Shown: one piece after another, positions 63,564-64,000 of the stretch
How the letters are laid out: the number at the start of each line of letters is the position of its first letter
Position numbering within the stretch: the stretch's first letter is position 1
Assembly: GCA_041665145.1 (NCBI GenBank)
Contig: JBAYJK010000001.1
Span: 293,629-357,628, forward strand
Source: Patescibacteria group bacterium
GTDB lineage: Bacteria; Patescibacteriota; Microgenomatia; UBA1406
Direction of reading: 5' to 3'
DNA: 64,000 nt
Notes under the pieces: model-generated
What the model was told of the DNA's origin: nothing
The model's input: the letters and a program-made list of their open reading frames with translations, nothing else
Database searches by the model: none
Program-made: the position numbers and the translations under genes

Positions 63564-64000
63564 ATGTACAAGCGCTTTTCACTCGTCAGGCTTTTCGAAA
63601 TAATGATCCCGTTGTCGACGTGGCTTTTGATCACTATGCCGATTTGGCTTTCCCCATTTCACCCGGCAGTTGTCGCCTATTTCATTATTTTATTTGATGT
63701 CTATTTTTTCTATAAAACGCTTCGTACGGTAATCTTTGCAACGATCTCATATCGGAACATTCTGGCGGCCAAGAAAATACCCTGGTTAAAACGAGCAGAG
63801 GAGTTTCCCGGTTTCAAGGAATTGCATCATGTATTTATCGTTCCCAACTATAAGGAAGACGCAACTAAGTTGCGGTCGACTCTCCGGGCTATCAGCAAGC
63901 AGAATTTTCCGACGAAACGGATAATGGTTGTTATCGGGATGGAAGAAGGCGAAGGTGATTCGGCGCAAATAAGAGCAGAAGAACTTCGTAAAGAATACAA
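63564..64000 (+). CDS. membrane-anchored GT2-family glycosyltransferase, 5' fragment running off the window
   Basis: Not in the ORF track because it is open to position 64000. MYKRFSLVRLFEIMIPLSTWLLITMPIWL... followed by HHVFIVPNYKEDATKLRSTLRAISKQNFPTKRIMVVIGMEEGEG, a GT2 start. Confidence 0.55.
   Translation, partial: MYKRFSLVRLFEIMIPLSTWLLITMPIWLSPFHPAVVAYFIILFDVYFFYKTLRTVIFATISYRNILAAKKIPWLKRAEEFPGFKELHHVFIVPNYKEDATKLRSTLRAISKQNFPTKRIMVVIGMEEGEGDSAQIRAEELRKEY

Noticed and set aside
1-64000. Prophage, integrase, transposase or rRNA content
   Set aside because: No ORF showed integrase/transposase/recombinase motifs (no DDE, tyrosine or serine recombinase signatures recognised). No rRNA-like sequence was found. 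The only RNA gene found is tRNA-Glu.

Overview
The window looks like a small-genome, uncultivated bacterium, possibly Patescibacteria/CPR-like. That assignment is inferred from gene content and style, not proven.

**Layout**
- 1-12.9 kb: housekeeping genes. These are a glycogen set (glgP fragment, glgA, GH57), lysS, greA, tRNA-Glu, pmbA/tldD, rsmA, serS and secA.
- 12.9-20 kb: a block of mostly unrecognisable genes. It includes a P-loop protein, a translationally coupled pair, and an ATPase plus OmpR-type wHTH regulator with a coupled partner.
- 20-22.3 kb: a secreted beta-propeller-lipase.
- 22.3-50.9 kb: a very large cell-surface glycosylation region. It holds many GT2/GT4/GT-C enzymes, flippases, acetyltransferases and an FdtA-like/DegT pair, behind a Crp-family regulator with a consensus TGTGA-N6-TCACA box.
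- 35.9-38.9 kb, embedded in that region: a CPBP protease, an exosortase/archaeosortase-family protein and two small secreted paralogs ending in VPEFG-TM-basic sorting signals.
- 51-64 kb: two membrane-anchored glycosidase-like genes, a second block of unknown genes (53.9-58.8 kb), a second Crp-family regulator, a DsbA-like protein and a partial GT2.

**Most unusual signal: layered repeat families**
1. An AT-rich inverted-repeat family occurs as two 477-bp units, each enclosing a four-helix-bundle (23S-IVS-type) gene, and as eight gene-less hairpin derivatives.
2. A GC-rich triple-hairpin element has three copies: one in frame inside the exosortase gene and two nested inside AT-rich repeats.
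3. Heptanucleotide-periodic arrays flank a third four-helix-bundle gene and also occur inside secA and a GT4 gene.

Many transcription units have a -10 box 5-9 nt upstream of the start codon, which suggests leaderless mRNAs. No rRNA, CRISPR array, transposase or integrase was seen.
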